Origin: Octopus vulgaris
Lineage: Eukaryota
Reading direction: 5' to 3'
NCBI GenBank assembly: GCA_951406725.2
Contig: OX597829.1
Location: forward strand, 8,680,001 to 8,744,000
Length of the DNA: 64,000 nt
Part shown: in pieces, positions 26,054 to 38,092 of the stretch
Layout: every line of letters starts with the position of its first letter
Numbering within the stretch: the stretch's first letter is position 1
Program-made: the position numbers and the translations under genes
The notes under the pieces: generated by a model
What the model saw: the letters and a program-made list of their open reading frames with translations, nothing else
Database searches by the model: none
What the model was told of the DNA's origin: nothing

Positions 26054-26847
26054 TTCAATTAATACAAGTCAGTGTATATCATGAAGGTGATTTCTAGAAA
26101 GAATGAAATAGTGTGTTATACTGGATTATGACTGGCTAATGTCAATATAATTAATTATTATTGCCATCCAAAGCAAAATTAAGTATTTATATTTTATGCC
26201 TCACTTCCCTTATTTCTCAATTTTAATTTCAAACTATTTCCTCCAAATATGAACAAATGTTTGACCTTTTCTGCTGCGTAACAAAGGATAAGTACTAAGA
26301 AATAATCGCCTGAAACCAGTCTCTACAACTCGAAGTATATATCGAAATCAGTTTGTGAAGTTTGATTTAAATTAATTCAAATTGAAACAGTAGCTGGGAA
26401 AGTACGACACTTTCACAAGGTAGAAATCATTGCAAACAGTTACCTTGTATGTAGACATTATGAACTTTTTCTCCTACAATTTCTAAATTACTAACGTTGT
26501 ATGAAGGAAACGAAACAAACAGGAAAAATACATTTTTCATGGCGACCTTCCAGGCTGTAAATGTTTTTACCCTCTATAAGAAATATCTTGCTTAATACAA
26601 TATTTAATTAATATATTTTGGGTAAGCAGGATGATGATTTATAAAACAGAAAGAAGCAGTGCTACTCATAATTACCATTTGCTAGAGATTCTAAGAAATT
26701 TGTGATAAGTAAGCAACAGCAAAAATAAAATGCATTGTATGCATCCTTTTCCATATTTATTACTTTCCAACTTAACCTTTTAATCCCACCAAATGTTATG
26801 ACAATATGATTGTCTCACTTGTATTAAATTCTATTATGTGATATCAC

Positions 26848-26886
<39 letters not shown>

Positions 26887-27189
26887 TGTGTGTATGTGCG
26901 CATGTATGTGTATGTGTAGACATATGTGCGCACATAATCAGAAATCTGTGTCTAATTTGAAGTATAGCAAAGAATGATTTCTAATCCTGTGAAATGTTAT
27001 ATAAGTACAATTTATGGTCATATTTCTGAAATTAACCACGATATATTGCTGGTAGTTAGGTTATTGACATCAAATGATAAAAAGGGGTGCAGACAGCAGC
27101 GATCGTGAAAAAACGTAAAAGGAAATCAAGCATTTCAGAGCTGAGGCAAAAAAGTATAGCCTATATCAGTGTAATAACTGCCTGACAAT

Positions 27190-27985
27190 ATTTAAGCTAC
27201 CAAAAAAGAAGGCTTGTGTGACAGCTGTATGAAAAACCCATTAATTAGAAGCAAAAGTTATAAGCTGATCTAATTTCTCAGCCACACCTACGAGCTGTAT
27301 GAGCGCATAATACTCAACAAAATTGAGGCGTCAGTAAACGAATACTTCCTCTTTCTGATAAATGGGATTTTGCTCCCGCAAATGGGGAATAAACTAAGAA
27401 CGCAACCCCACCCAACACAGTTGAAGTAGCTTGTAAGAAAGGGATTGAAAGAAAGGGATTGTTTTTGTTGACTTCTCTGTTGCGCACAGCATTGTCAATG
27501 ATATGTGTGCTCAAAGCATGATGGAGGACAAATTGCTCTTTTGAAGTCAGACGGTAAAGAATATAGACTACATAGTCTGTCTTCAAGTGAACAATCCCAC
27601 TCAGTTGAGGTACGCCATTTGAAAGTTTTCGATTCCTCTTCTAATGATCAGTCATTAAATGATGCCAAGCACCAGTTATTTGCTAACAGAATTATAAATA
27701 TATCAGCAATAGAAAAAAGACTGACAAATTTTCTTGATCTGCTAACATCCTATTTAGAAGAGAGCCTACTACTCTGCCAGTTCATATAAAGCCGAAGTAT
27801 ATGCCTTCCATATGACAAAATGTGAAGCAAAACGCTAACTCCAAGAAACTTAGTCTGGGACACTTCTTGAGCACGGTGAATACGTAATGTAATTATATGT
27901 TGCTGTATCCATTTCAGTCGTAAGGGCCAGAAGAGAGATGGTGAGAGAGAAAGAGAGAGAGAGAGAAAGAGAAATAGAGAGAGAA

Positions 27986-28032
<47 letters not shown>

Positions 28033-28400
28033 AACTTATTGCTCACAACAACATTGCCAATGGATCCTCAAGTATGTGATAAGATGCATATTCACAGTTC
28101 CCGAATATTCAGCTAGTTTTCTGATCCAACCACTGATTAGAATACTAATCAAGTATGAAAAAATGAAAAATCCGGACCCTTTGCTTCTTGACATTAGATC
28201 ATAGGTTGTCTTACCCCTAATCTGGCGGGTAGACTTCCGCCTGTCATAAGGTAATCAGCATTCAGTATGAAGAAACGCTGGTAACTGCAAATGGATGAAA
28301 ACAAGGGAATATACTTAAATGAGTTTTTTCTTCTTGGGGTTAACACAAATAAAATAAAAGCGACTTCGAGCGGAGAAAGAAAGTAGCCTACCAATTTCAT
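27190..28400 (+). mobile_element. Degenerate LINE ORF2 (Ingi/Vingi- or I-like), interrupted by (GA)n
   Basis: KSYKLI.FLSHTYELYERIILNKI (equivalent to YRPISLL..YKL.ER), IEKRLTNFLDLLTSY, FTVPEYSA, IGCLTP. Confidence 0.55.
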
Positions 28401-29094
28401 CAAGAATGGAAATGACAGCAAATATATACTTTCACGTGATGTGGGTATCAACAGGGTAACGTTTAAAAAATCGGCTGATAATCAGAGTTGATACGAACCA
28501 ACGTGACACTCACTAAATTGTTATACTGTATATTTAATGACACGAGTAACATTCACAGAGACTCAAAAATATGGAACACCCATTGAGTAAAACTCTAAAA
28601 TAAGAACTGTTCCTTTTACTGACTTATACAATAATAATGCAGAGAAATGCATTCAGCTTTGATTGTAAAGAATTTAGCAGAATGGAAAGTGGATTTTAAG
28701 AAGGAACTAAATGTCGAGTTTTCTGCGATTTGCGATTTACCGATTCAAGCACACAATCCTTAAGGAAGTCAGGCGAAATTATTATGAAAGGTCCAGTTTA
28801 TTATGTAGTTTCAAATAATAGTTCTCATCTAGTCGTGAAGAGAATATGTCAGCTTCTCTAGACAACTTTACGGAAGATACTGAGATTCATTGTTTAAGCA
28901 TAGGTGTGTGTACTTATGAAGCTAGCTTCGGAAACACGTTATTGTCAGAGCAACCTCACAGCGCAAGATCTTGAACCAGAGACTTTGTAAATAATCTTTG
29001 ATTTAAAAATACTATGTAAGTAAAATTTTATATAACAGAAGCAATGCTGCGGTGTTGTGGTTTACACAGAGACAGACAGATACATAGATATACA

Positions 29095-29152
29095 GATAAA
29101 TAGATAGATTTATATCTATTAGATAGCTAAATAGATAGATGGATACATAGAT

Positions 29153-29231
<79 letters not shown>

Positions 29232-29272
29232 GGATGGATGGATGGATGGATTGATGGATGGATGGATAGATA
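29095..29272. repeat. (GATA)n/(GACA)n/(GATG)n microsatellite at the 3' end of Tx1 copy B
   Basis: Direct. Confidence 0.95.
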
Positions 29273-29715
29273 AGTTTCTTTATTGGCCACACAGGGATGC
29301 ACACAGATGGGACAAATTACAAGGTAGAGCTTTTCTTTTGGGGGATGAAAAAAAAAGTGGCGTAGGTTTTCGATCAAAAGAGATCGTAAAAGGGAAAAAA
29401 GAAAAAAAAGGAAAAGAAACAAAAGAAAAGAAAAAAGAAGAAAAAAGAGGAAAAAAGGGGAAGAGGAAAAAAAACGATCAATAGGGATCGTGTATCATAG
29501 TGTCATGATGTACGGTGTAAAGGGGGTAGCAGATAAGGTTTATCCGTGGGAAGAAAAGCCTACGAAAAAGACCACGGTAACCTCAGTCAATATTGTTATA
29601 TGTTACCACATTTGTTTGCGAGTGGGTAACCCTCTGTTTTGAATTTCTGGGTTCATAGGATTATGCTCAAGGTGGCTTCGTCATTCATACGTGCCATCCT
29701 TGCTACATTCACCCA

Positions 29716-32700
29716 TCATTTTTTAAAACATTCGCTAGACAAAACTTGCCTCTCTACTCTCACATTCCTTTTCAAGTGGTACTTGAAGAAGTTGATGAGA
29801 GATTGACCAGAGAGGAAAGTGTTTGTCTCCAATCTTTTCAGACGCGTCCACCAGATACATTCTTTCGCCATAGCCACAAGGATGATGAAAATAGCTCTTC
29901 CTTCCCGTTTGAAGGAAAGAGGCGTGACAATATTGACGATAGACTCAGCTGATAAACCGACTCGTTCCACACGTGACAGCAGTTGTTCGACATAAGCCCA
30001 CAGGTCGGAAATTGTTGGACGCTGCACGAGTGCGTGCAGAACGGTTTTGTCGCTCTGACCGCATCTCGGGCAGGTCGGCCCCGTGTTTCTCGAGCCGTGT
30101 CTATAGAGCTTATCCCGAACGGGTAGCGCTTCTCGGTAGCACTGCCAGGCCAGGGATTTCTGGAAGTTGTCCATCGGCCCTAGCCCGAAAGTCGTCCCAA
30201 ACAGGCGGGTCAGGTATTCCTCGTCGACGTCCAGGTTCGCCCCGAGCTCGTCGTCGTACCTCCCCTCCACTAATCCCCTATAGAATGCTTTGGTTGTGTT
30301 GAAGTCACTCAAGGTCGATCCGGGATGGCAGAGTTGCTTGAGAGCAATGCGACACTCGCAGTGCCATTCGCCTAGCCTCGGTCTCTGTTTGATCCACGAT
30401 TGTAGTTCGGCCAAGGAGACGAGCTGCGGGAAAGCGTGCCCCACAAACGGCGACCACACCTGTTCACCGTCGTCTACGTAGAGCCTGAGATGTCGCAGTC
30501 TCAGCGCGTGTCTGCGCATCATCAACCACGGCATGCCCAGTCCTCCTTTTAACGGGTGTTGACAGCAAATGGATCGCCTGACCATCAGGACGCATCCTTT
30601 CCACAAGAAGCGAAAGAGAATGCGTTCTAGTTTGGTGATGGTAGGGTCGGGACAAGGCACGACGGTCAGGCGGTAGTAGATGACAGTACGCGATGTACGT
30701 GTTCGCTACCTCTGCCCGACCTTTTAGGGACAGTTTCCTCTCAGCCCATTGCCTGGTGAGAGTGACCACCCTACTCGTTATCTCGTTCCAGTTCTTCTCC
30801 ACTTGGAGGTCCAGACCGAACCAGACCCCGAGCAACTCGAGCGGACCGTCGGCCCAGCGTCCCACGACGGAGGCGCTGGTGGACGGCATGGGCTTGCTTC
30901 TCCAAGTGCCGAGTCGCAAGCCCACTGACTTTTCCCGGTTGATTTTCGCTCCTGTCGCCGCTTCGTAGTTTTTCAGTGTCTCGCCAACCTGTTCGATGTG
31001 CTCGTGGCTAGACACTATGACGGTGACGTCGTCCGCGTATGCAGACACGTTGCCAGCTTCCGCAATAATGGCTCGAGAGTCAATACGTATAGAAGCGACG
31101 GGAGGGGGCATCCCTGACGGACCGAACGTGCGAAGTCGAAGGGTCTCGATAGATGTCCATTCACGCGAATTACCGAACGGATGCCTCTGTACAAAGCGGC
31201 TATCCTGCCGCGGAAGACGGGACCGAAGCCAGCCGCTCTGAGGACCGCCTCCAAGTATCGATGGTCCACCCTATCGACAGCTTTCGATTGATCCAAATTG
31301 ATCAGCGCCCCACCCATGCCAGGTTCGTTAACTACCTTGTCTATGAGGTAGCGCATCAGGTGGAGGTTGTCATGGATGGTCCGGACCGGCACGGCGCATA
31401 TTTGCGCCTTGTCGACCAGTTTCTCGATGACAAGCGCCAACCTCTTGGCTAGCACCTCGGCCAAAATTTTCAAGTCTGCATTAAGCAGAGTGATGGGCCT
31501 AAAGTTATCTATTACATTTCCCTTGTTTAGATCTTTTTTCAGCAGTGTTACGACTCCTCGTCTCACAAAACCAGGAATGCTCCCGTTTTGCTGCCAGTTG
31601 CAGTACACTGCCGCCAAGAGATCTCCAAACAAGTCTGGCATACAATTGTAAAGCTCGTAGAGTAGACCATCCAAACCCGGTGATTTGTCCCTCGAGCATT
31701 CTGCCATCCGCCGCCGTGATGGCACCTTCGCAGCACCTTGCCTCTCTTGTCGAGAGTCGTGGTAGGCTATGTAGGTATGCACTGAAGTCCACCCTACGTT
31801 CTTGCCCTCCACTCGTCCCGAACAGTCGGGCAAAATGCTGCTGAAAGGCCTCACACATTTTACTTGGCTCGAGCAATTCGCACCCCTGTTCATCTACCAG
31901 TGACCGAATGGTGGCTTTGATGCCCTGTTGCGCCTCTGCCACCCGGGCCTCTCTCGCGGCTCCAACACCTTCGTTCCTTAGAGCACGCATCCTAGCTCTG
32001 ACAGCACATCCTTCGTGTTTGGCGTTGAAGTGTTGGTCGAGGGACAACCTCGCCGCCAAAACGTCGGATGCGATGCCGCTTCTAATTGCCTCTTCTAGCT
32101 TCTTAACTAGCTCACCCTCTACTCTATTTCTATCTATGGCTAGTGCTTTGCTGTACCTAATCGCTTCTGCTTTTACTGCTCTCTTGAGGGCAAACCACCA
32201 TCTGTTGTTGATGATGGCTCCCGTCAAAGCCCTCTTTACTTGTGTGCTAATCCGGTCTCTGAAAACCTGTCTCGATAGGAAAGACGCGTTTAGTTTCCAG
32301 TATTCGGGACCCTGCCTATGTGTCTTACCTAAGTCTAGCGTACATGTCACAAGTTTGTGATCCGTGTAGCTGACTATGTGGAATTGTGGACATCCTATGC
32401 TATCTCTGTCTACTGTCCTACACAGTATCCTATCTAGATACGATCTCGACGACCCGATACGGTTGCTCCATGTCCACGTTGGCGCATTCGGGTGGTCGAG
32501 TCTGAACCTGTCAGACAGTTGAAAGCGTCTGAGCAGGTCTCTGAGGCATTTGCATCTCCGTCTATTCCTATCTCTACCCACGTAGTCTACATGCGTTTCC
32601 AAGGTAGCATTCCCCCACTAAGAGTAAAGGACGAGACGTTCCCAAGAATACTTCTAGACGTTGAAAGAAATCCGCCCGACCTGTTAAGAGCGGTGCGTAG

Positions 32701-33032
32701 ACTGATACGAGTCGAAAAGCGCACCCATTGCTGCCGTCGACATCCAGGACGACCAGTCTACGCCCCGGGTCTACGAATATTGTCCTTACTTTGAGATCCA
32801 AACTCTTGCGAAAAAGTACCGCGGTGCCACTACTGCCCATTCTCGGCAGACAGGGGGAAAAATAAATGTTGAACTGTCCGCCAAACATGGTCTTTAGGGC
32901 CCGCGGATTGTGGAGTCTGGTCTCACTTATGGCTATGATTTCTAACTTATGTGACTTTATGTCATTTAAGAGGTACCCTTGTTTCCAAGGGGACCCCAAG
33001 CCACGCGCATTTACACAACCAATCTTGATCAT
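29716..33032 (-). pseudogene. Tx1-like ORF2 (APE and RT), a few frameshifts and small deletions
   Basis: MIKIGCVNARGL, SYLDRIL, SYTDHK, WKLNASFL, KSPGLDGL, FRPITLLNADLKIL, SVRQGCPL, SAYADD, CPRCGQSDKTVLHAL. Confidence 0.97.
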
Positions 33033-33076
33033 AATCCTAATGAATTAGAATACAAGTGAAAGGAACAGAGGGTTAC

Positions 33077-34031
33077 TTACTGCTCGAAAGTTTTTGCTTT
33101 CTCCTCCTTTGGTTTGTCCTCGAGGAGATCCCAGTACCGTTTCTTTGTGAGATATTTTTGGCATTTACCAACCGCACTGGGGAAAATGCCTTTGAGTGTG
33201 TGGTGTAGACTTTTGGAGATGTGTAATATTTTGATGTGGTCTGGTGGTGTTGTGTATGGGTGATTGTTTGTTTTTATGTCATCTTCTGTTATGTATGTTT
33301 TTGATTGGATGTATTCCATCAAATTTGTGTTTTTAGTGTCTATAGCTGTGAGCATGTTTGCTGTATATATTTTTGTGGTGTTGGTGTGGCTGTTGTTTGT
33401 GTTGGGTTTTGAAATGTCTTCGGGAGATGTATTTCCCCCTGATTTGTTCGTGTTTGCATTTGGTTTGGTTGTGTTTCTGCTCTTTATTTTCCTTCTTTTT
33501 GTAGCTATTTGCCATTCCTCACTGGTTTCGTCATCCGACGAAATTTCTGAGGAATCAGTAGGGAGTAGGGGTATGTTGTAGGCTTCTATATATGACTGTG
33601 TAAGTGGTTGTGCTGTTGTTTTTGTTGTTGTTGGTTGTTGAGTGTTTGTGTGTGGTGAGTGCGGTATAAGGGATGGGGAATCAGTTTTTGTGTGTTTTCT
33701 TTGTTTTTCTGTTCCTTTGGTTCTTGCTGTTGTTGGTGGTGTTGGTATGTTTTCAGGTGTTGAGTGGTTTTTGGTTGATGACGGATTAGCTTGGTGTGCT
33801 TCTCTTGTCGTCTTCTGTGTTGATGGTGGTGTGGGTAGTAGAGCTTTTTTTTCCGGAGTGCTTTGGTTGTGGTAGTGGTTGTTGTTGTTGCTCTTGGTGT
33901 GCAGTGGTTGGGCACGTCTTTTTCAAGTGTGTTTCGCTTCCACACAAATAGCAGCGTGGTCGCCTGCCTTCTACCACTACATAAAGTTTGTAGCCTCCTG
34001 GCAGTTCTATAGTGATGGGTATCTTCTCTCT
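33077..34031 (-). pseudogene. Tx1-like ORF1, C-terminal part
   Basis: VEGRRPRCYLCGSETHLKKTC knuckle; ends KYLTKKRYW...KTFEQ-stop. Confidence 0.85.
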
Positions 34032-34159
<128 letters not shown>

Positions 34160-34160
34160 A

Positions 34161-34993
34161 CAGGATGCGGTGAATAAACTGTCGTCTAAATTACGCAAAA
34201 ATGAAAATAACACTGACATCTCATCTTAACAGATATATTTACCAAAATTACACAAAAATATCTTGAAATACAATACTAAAAAGTAAATTTATCCAAAGAA
34301 ATCCCCATTGGATCAAGACGACTTCGGAATCTCCTCGAACTCTTCTGGACAGCCTCGCTTTAGTTGTTGAATGCTGCCATAATCCTTGCCATCAGTTCAA
34401 GTGCGCTCAACTGCATCCCATAGATAATAATCAAGGGGGTTGCAGGCTGGGGAATTAGGTGGCCAGATACTAGGTGTGATGTGGTCGCAGAAATTGTCTG
34501 ACAGCTATGACTGGATTCTCCTACTTGTGTGACATGGGGCAGAGTCCTGTTGGTAGACATAGGCTCTTCCAGCAGCCACCCTCTTCACCCTGGGCAGCAC
34601 TACCCACTCCAAGCACTTGATATAGGCCTCCGTGTTGAGTCTGAGGTCGTGTGGGAAGATAAATGAAGACATAAGTTTGCCATCACTAGTGATCACTCCA
34701 AACACCATGATGTTGACTGGATGTTTGATTTTTATCACTTTCAGTACACGTCCTCAAATTGACACCCAAGCTATGTGAAGTGTTCGTATTGGAGCTTCCA
34801 GCACAAATACCAAACAGTATTGCATATCATTTCCACATTCCTGGCAGGGCGAATTGCGTCATGGCATTGCTTTTCTCACAGAGGGCGCCTAACTGACCCT
34901 ACTATAATGTGCAGTCGACAAAATCAAAAACAAACAATGCGCATGCGCTAGATTAAAAACATAAAATAGCAACAATTTACCCATCGCGCCCAG
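34161..34993 (-). mobile_element. Internally deleted Tc1/mariner-superfamily element, maT (DD37D)-like
   Basis: KHPVNIMVFGVITSDG, YVYQQDSAPCHTS, WPPNSPACNPLDY; imperfect TIRs CAGGATGCGGTGAATAAACTGTCG / CAACAATTTACCCATCGCGCCCAG-TA. Confidence 0.85.
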
Positions 34994-34995
34994 TA

Positions 34996-35066
<71 letters not shown>

Positions 35067-35329
35067 TGCATACACACACATACACACACACACACAAACA
35101 CAGAAATGATTGCTCAATACCGCGTTGGTGAATATTATTTATATACATACTTGCTTTTTTATCTTCTGAAAATTTGAGCATGCCTTCTATTTTTACATCA
35201 ATACATGTGTATGTGTATATATATATATATTATTTATTTATGTATGTATATATGTATGTATAATAAATAATGTAATATATATAAGGGTACATGACATCAC
35301 CAACGGTGAAAATAGCATGAAATAAGTAA

Positions 35330-35530
35330 ACAAACGAGGGAAAAACGAATGAAGCACATAATCAACAAGAAAAAATGGAAAACAGGACAATTAAGCACAG
35401 AGAAAGGACCCTTCATCAGTTATCGGTTGTCTATCTACTCCTCATTTCGAGCATTCAATGACGATATGAGTCTTCAAAGACGGTTGCTCTCATAAATTCT
35501 GAAATAAAATTTAGGATTTATGGAGGGTCA
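35330..35530 (-). repeat. Interspersed repeat also present at about 9640-9800 (+) and 58245-58340 (+)
   Basis: Shared CTCGAAATGAGGAGTAGAT and CTGA(T/A)GAAGGG...TTAATTGTCCTGT motifs. Confidence 0.6.
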
Positions 35531-36174
35531 AAGTTGGGACCAAAAAAGTGACTGTGTAGATAAGTCGGCTGCAACATAGTGTGGCGGAGAATATTCAAGC
35601 GTCGGGTTTTAAAACACATGAAAATCATGGACAGATGGACTCCTGGGGCTGGCAAGCCAACTTCTTACCACACAGCCACGCCTGCGCCTATGAAAAAAAA
35701 TATGTACTGGGGTCGATAAAGATTAACGTTTCTTACATTCTTTCATTAAATTAGAAATTTAGAATTTATTTACTTTTTAGAAATATAACTCTTATTGTCA
35801 TTATTTTCTCTAAAAGACGGCGTGTATAAAAGCATTTAAGATTTTTCTTTTATTTAAGTTTATATCCGAGTGTGTGGGTGGGTGTGGTCATATATGTGTA
35901 TGTCTGTGTGTATATATATGTTATTTGTGTTTGTGTGTGTGTGTGTGGTGGGGTGTGATTGTGCGTGCGCCTGTATAAGTATACATGCACACCAAGCACC
36001 AATAAACTTTGAGATTATATTTCTTCCAACTGTTATTCTAAGTGCAAAAACATAAAACATCATACTTAAACAGAAAATGCTACAATTCTTATGACTGCAA
36101 GAACAACAAGCAAATAGACGGCACCAGTCTTTGTAATGGCAATTCGTAATCGCAATCAGGATACTACCAATAAT

Positions 36175-36208
36175 ACTGCTGCTGCTGCTGCTGGACGGCA
36201 AACAACAA

Positions 36209-36292
<84 letters not shown>

Positions 36293-36480
36293 AGAATAAT
36301 AATAATAATAATAATATTAAAAATAATAACAATAATAATAATAATGAGGAGGAGCTGGAACAGAAACATGAGGAGGAGGAGGGGTTGGAGGAGGAGGAGG
36401 AAGAGAAGAAGAAGAAGAAAAAGAAGAAGAAGAGGAGAAGGAGGAGAAGGTGGAGGAGGAGGTGGTGAAGGAGGAGGAGC
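36175..36480. repeat. Chained trinucleotide microsatellites (CTG)(CAA)(TAA)(GAG)(AAG)
   Basis: Direct. Confidence 0.95.
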
Positions 36481-36974
36481 TGCGGGCTAAATAGCAATAT
36501 GGACGAACATGAAGAAGCTCTCTCCACAGGACGAAATGGAAAGTAATCTTGGCAATGAAACTGAGGGAAACGTTCTTTTAAAGCAAGTCATCTAAAAAAT
36601 AGTAAGATTATTGTTAAATAAAGCATAGTTTCGTCTATGCATATCTCACAGTAACACGCATGAAATGCTGAAATCGACATTAGAAGCCTCGATAATAACA
36701 AGGAAACACGTTGTGTACACAGTAAATAAATAAATTAATTAATTACGCATACACCCACCTGTTTATGCATATATGTCCACGTAATAATATTTATATACTA
36801 TGTAAATAACTTTTACACACACAAATATAAAAAAGAAAAAAACACGTGTAATAAGCAAAGGAAAACGACATTCCACGAATAATCACAAAAGGAGCAAATA
36901 ATCACAAGTTTAAACCATTACTAATCTGTCATGCCAGGAGACATATCTACAGAAAAATAAAAATAAAAATAATC

Positions 36975-37198
36975 TATTTCTTTACTACCCACAAGGGGCT
37001 AAACACAGAGGGGACAAGCAAGGACGACAGACAAATGGATTAAATCGATTATATCGACCCCAGTGCGTAACTGGTACTTATTTAATCGACCCCGAAAGGA
37101 TGAAAGGCAAAGTCGACCTCGGCGGAATTTGAACTCAGAACGTAGCAGCAGACGAAATATCGCTATGCATTTCACCCAGCGTGCTAACGTTTCTGCCG
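36975..37198 (-). mobile_element. tRNA-head SINE with Meta-domain-like core
   Basis: Minus strand GGCAGAAACGTTAGCAC...GAGTTCAAATTCC (B box), then GCCTTTCATCCTTTCGGGGTCGATTAAATAAGTACCAG. Confidence 0.85.
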
Positions 37199-37309
37199 GA
37201 AATATCGTTCTATAAGTCTCATGCTATTACAATATGAGAAACATATCCATTCAAAGAACTCGGATGTGGTGTTCTACCAAAAAGTCATCTCTAAACAGAT
37301 AAGCCCATC

Positions 37310-37880
37310 TCCTACTGCCAAAAGAATACAAGAAAAGCCATAACAACCTAAGGAGAATAATCCACTGGAAGTTATGCAGAAAGCGAGAATTTGACCAAAC
37401 TAAGTGGTAAGAACATTATCCTTGTAAAGTGCCAGAAAGTATGAGACGTATGATGTGGGATTTTAACATTCAAACTGACAGTTTCACAGAAGCCAGATGG
37501 CCTGATTTAGTAGTAGTAGTAGTAGTAGTGGTAGTAGTAGACAAAGAACCATAAGTGCCAGACAATTGATTTTACAGTCCCAAATGATGAGAATGTCAAT
37601 ATGAAAGATATAGAGAAAATAGCAAGGTACCAGAACCTAGTCGTTGAGTTACGAAGGTCATGAAAAGTGCGGGTAAAATGTATGCCTATAGTTATAAGTA
37701 TATTAGGATCTATCCCTAAAGATTTTAACAGATGAATAGAGGAAATAGGCATAAAACTTAATTTAATATAGCTCCTGGAAACAGTGGCTGTTAGGGACAA
37801 CTTACGTGAGCTCTTGACATTCGAGGTTATTTATTGTAGTCCGACTTTAGGAATGTTTTTCCGAAAGTATAATTTAATGC
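37310..37880 (+). mobile_element. R4/Dong-like LINE 3' fragment (REL endonuclease)
   Basis: KEYKK.HNN..RIIHWKLCRK, MWDFNIQTD, ARWPDLVVV, IDFTVPND, EKIARYQNL, PIVISILGSIPK. Confidence 0.85.
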
Positions 37881-37883
37881 ACG

Positions 37884-37884
<1 letters not shown>

Positions 37885-37971
<87 letters not shown>

Positions 37972-38092
37972 ACTACTACTACTACTACTACTACTACCAC
38001 TACTACTGCTGCTGATGATGATGCTACTACTACTACTACTACCACTACTACTACTACTACTACTACCACTACTACTTATAATAATAATAATG
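37885..38092. repeat. (CTA)n/(CTG)n/(TAA)n microsatellite
   Basis: Direct. Confidence 0.95.

Larger units (their letters stand above)
29273..34031 (-). mobile_element. 5'-truncated Tx1/L1-clade LINE (copy B) with intact 3' end
   Basis: ORF1 C-terminal half, complete ORF2 with few lesions, T-rich 3' UTR, AATAAA at 29279-29284 (minus) then (TATC)n. Confidence 0.97.

Noticed and set aside
26444-26482. Possible 39-nt minus-strand exon (IVGEKVHNVYIQ)
   Set aside because: Poor pyrimidine tract; cannot be told from chance without RNA data.
35405-35455. GAAA...CTGATGA in permuted (type II hammerhead) order, also near 9624-9660
   Set aside because: Could not build stems I and III or a cleavage triplet by eye.
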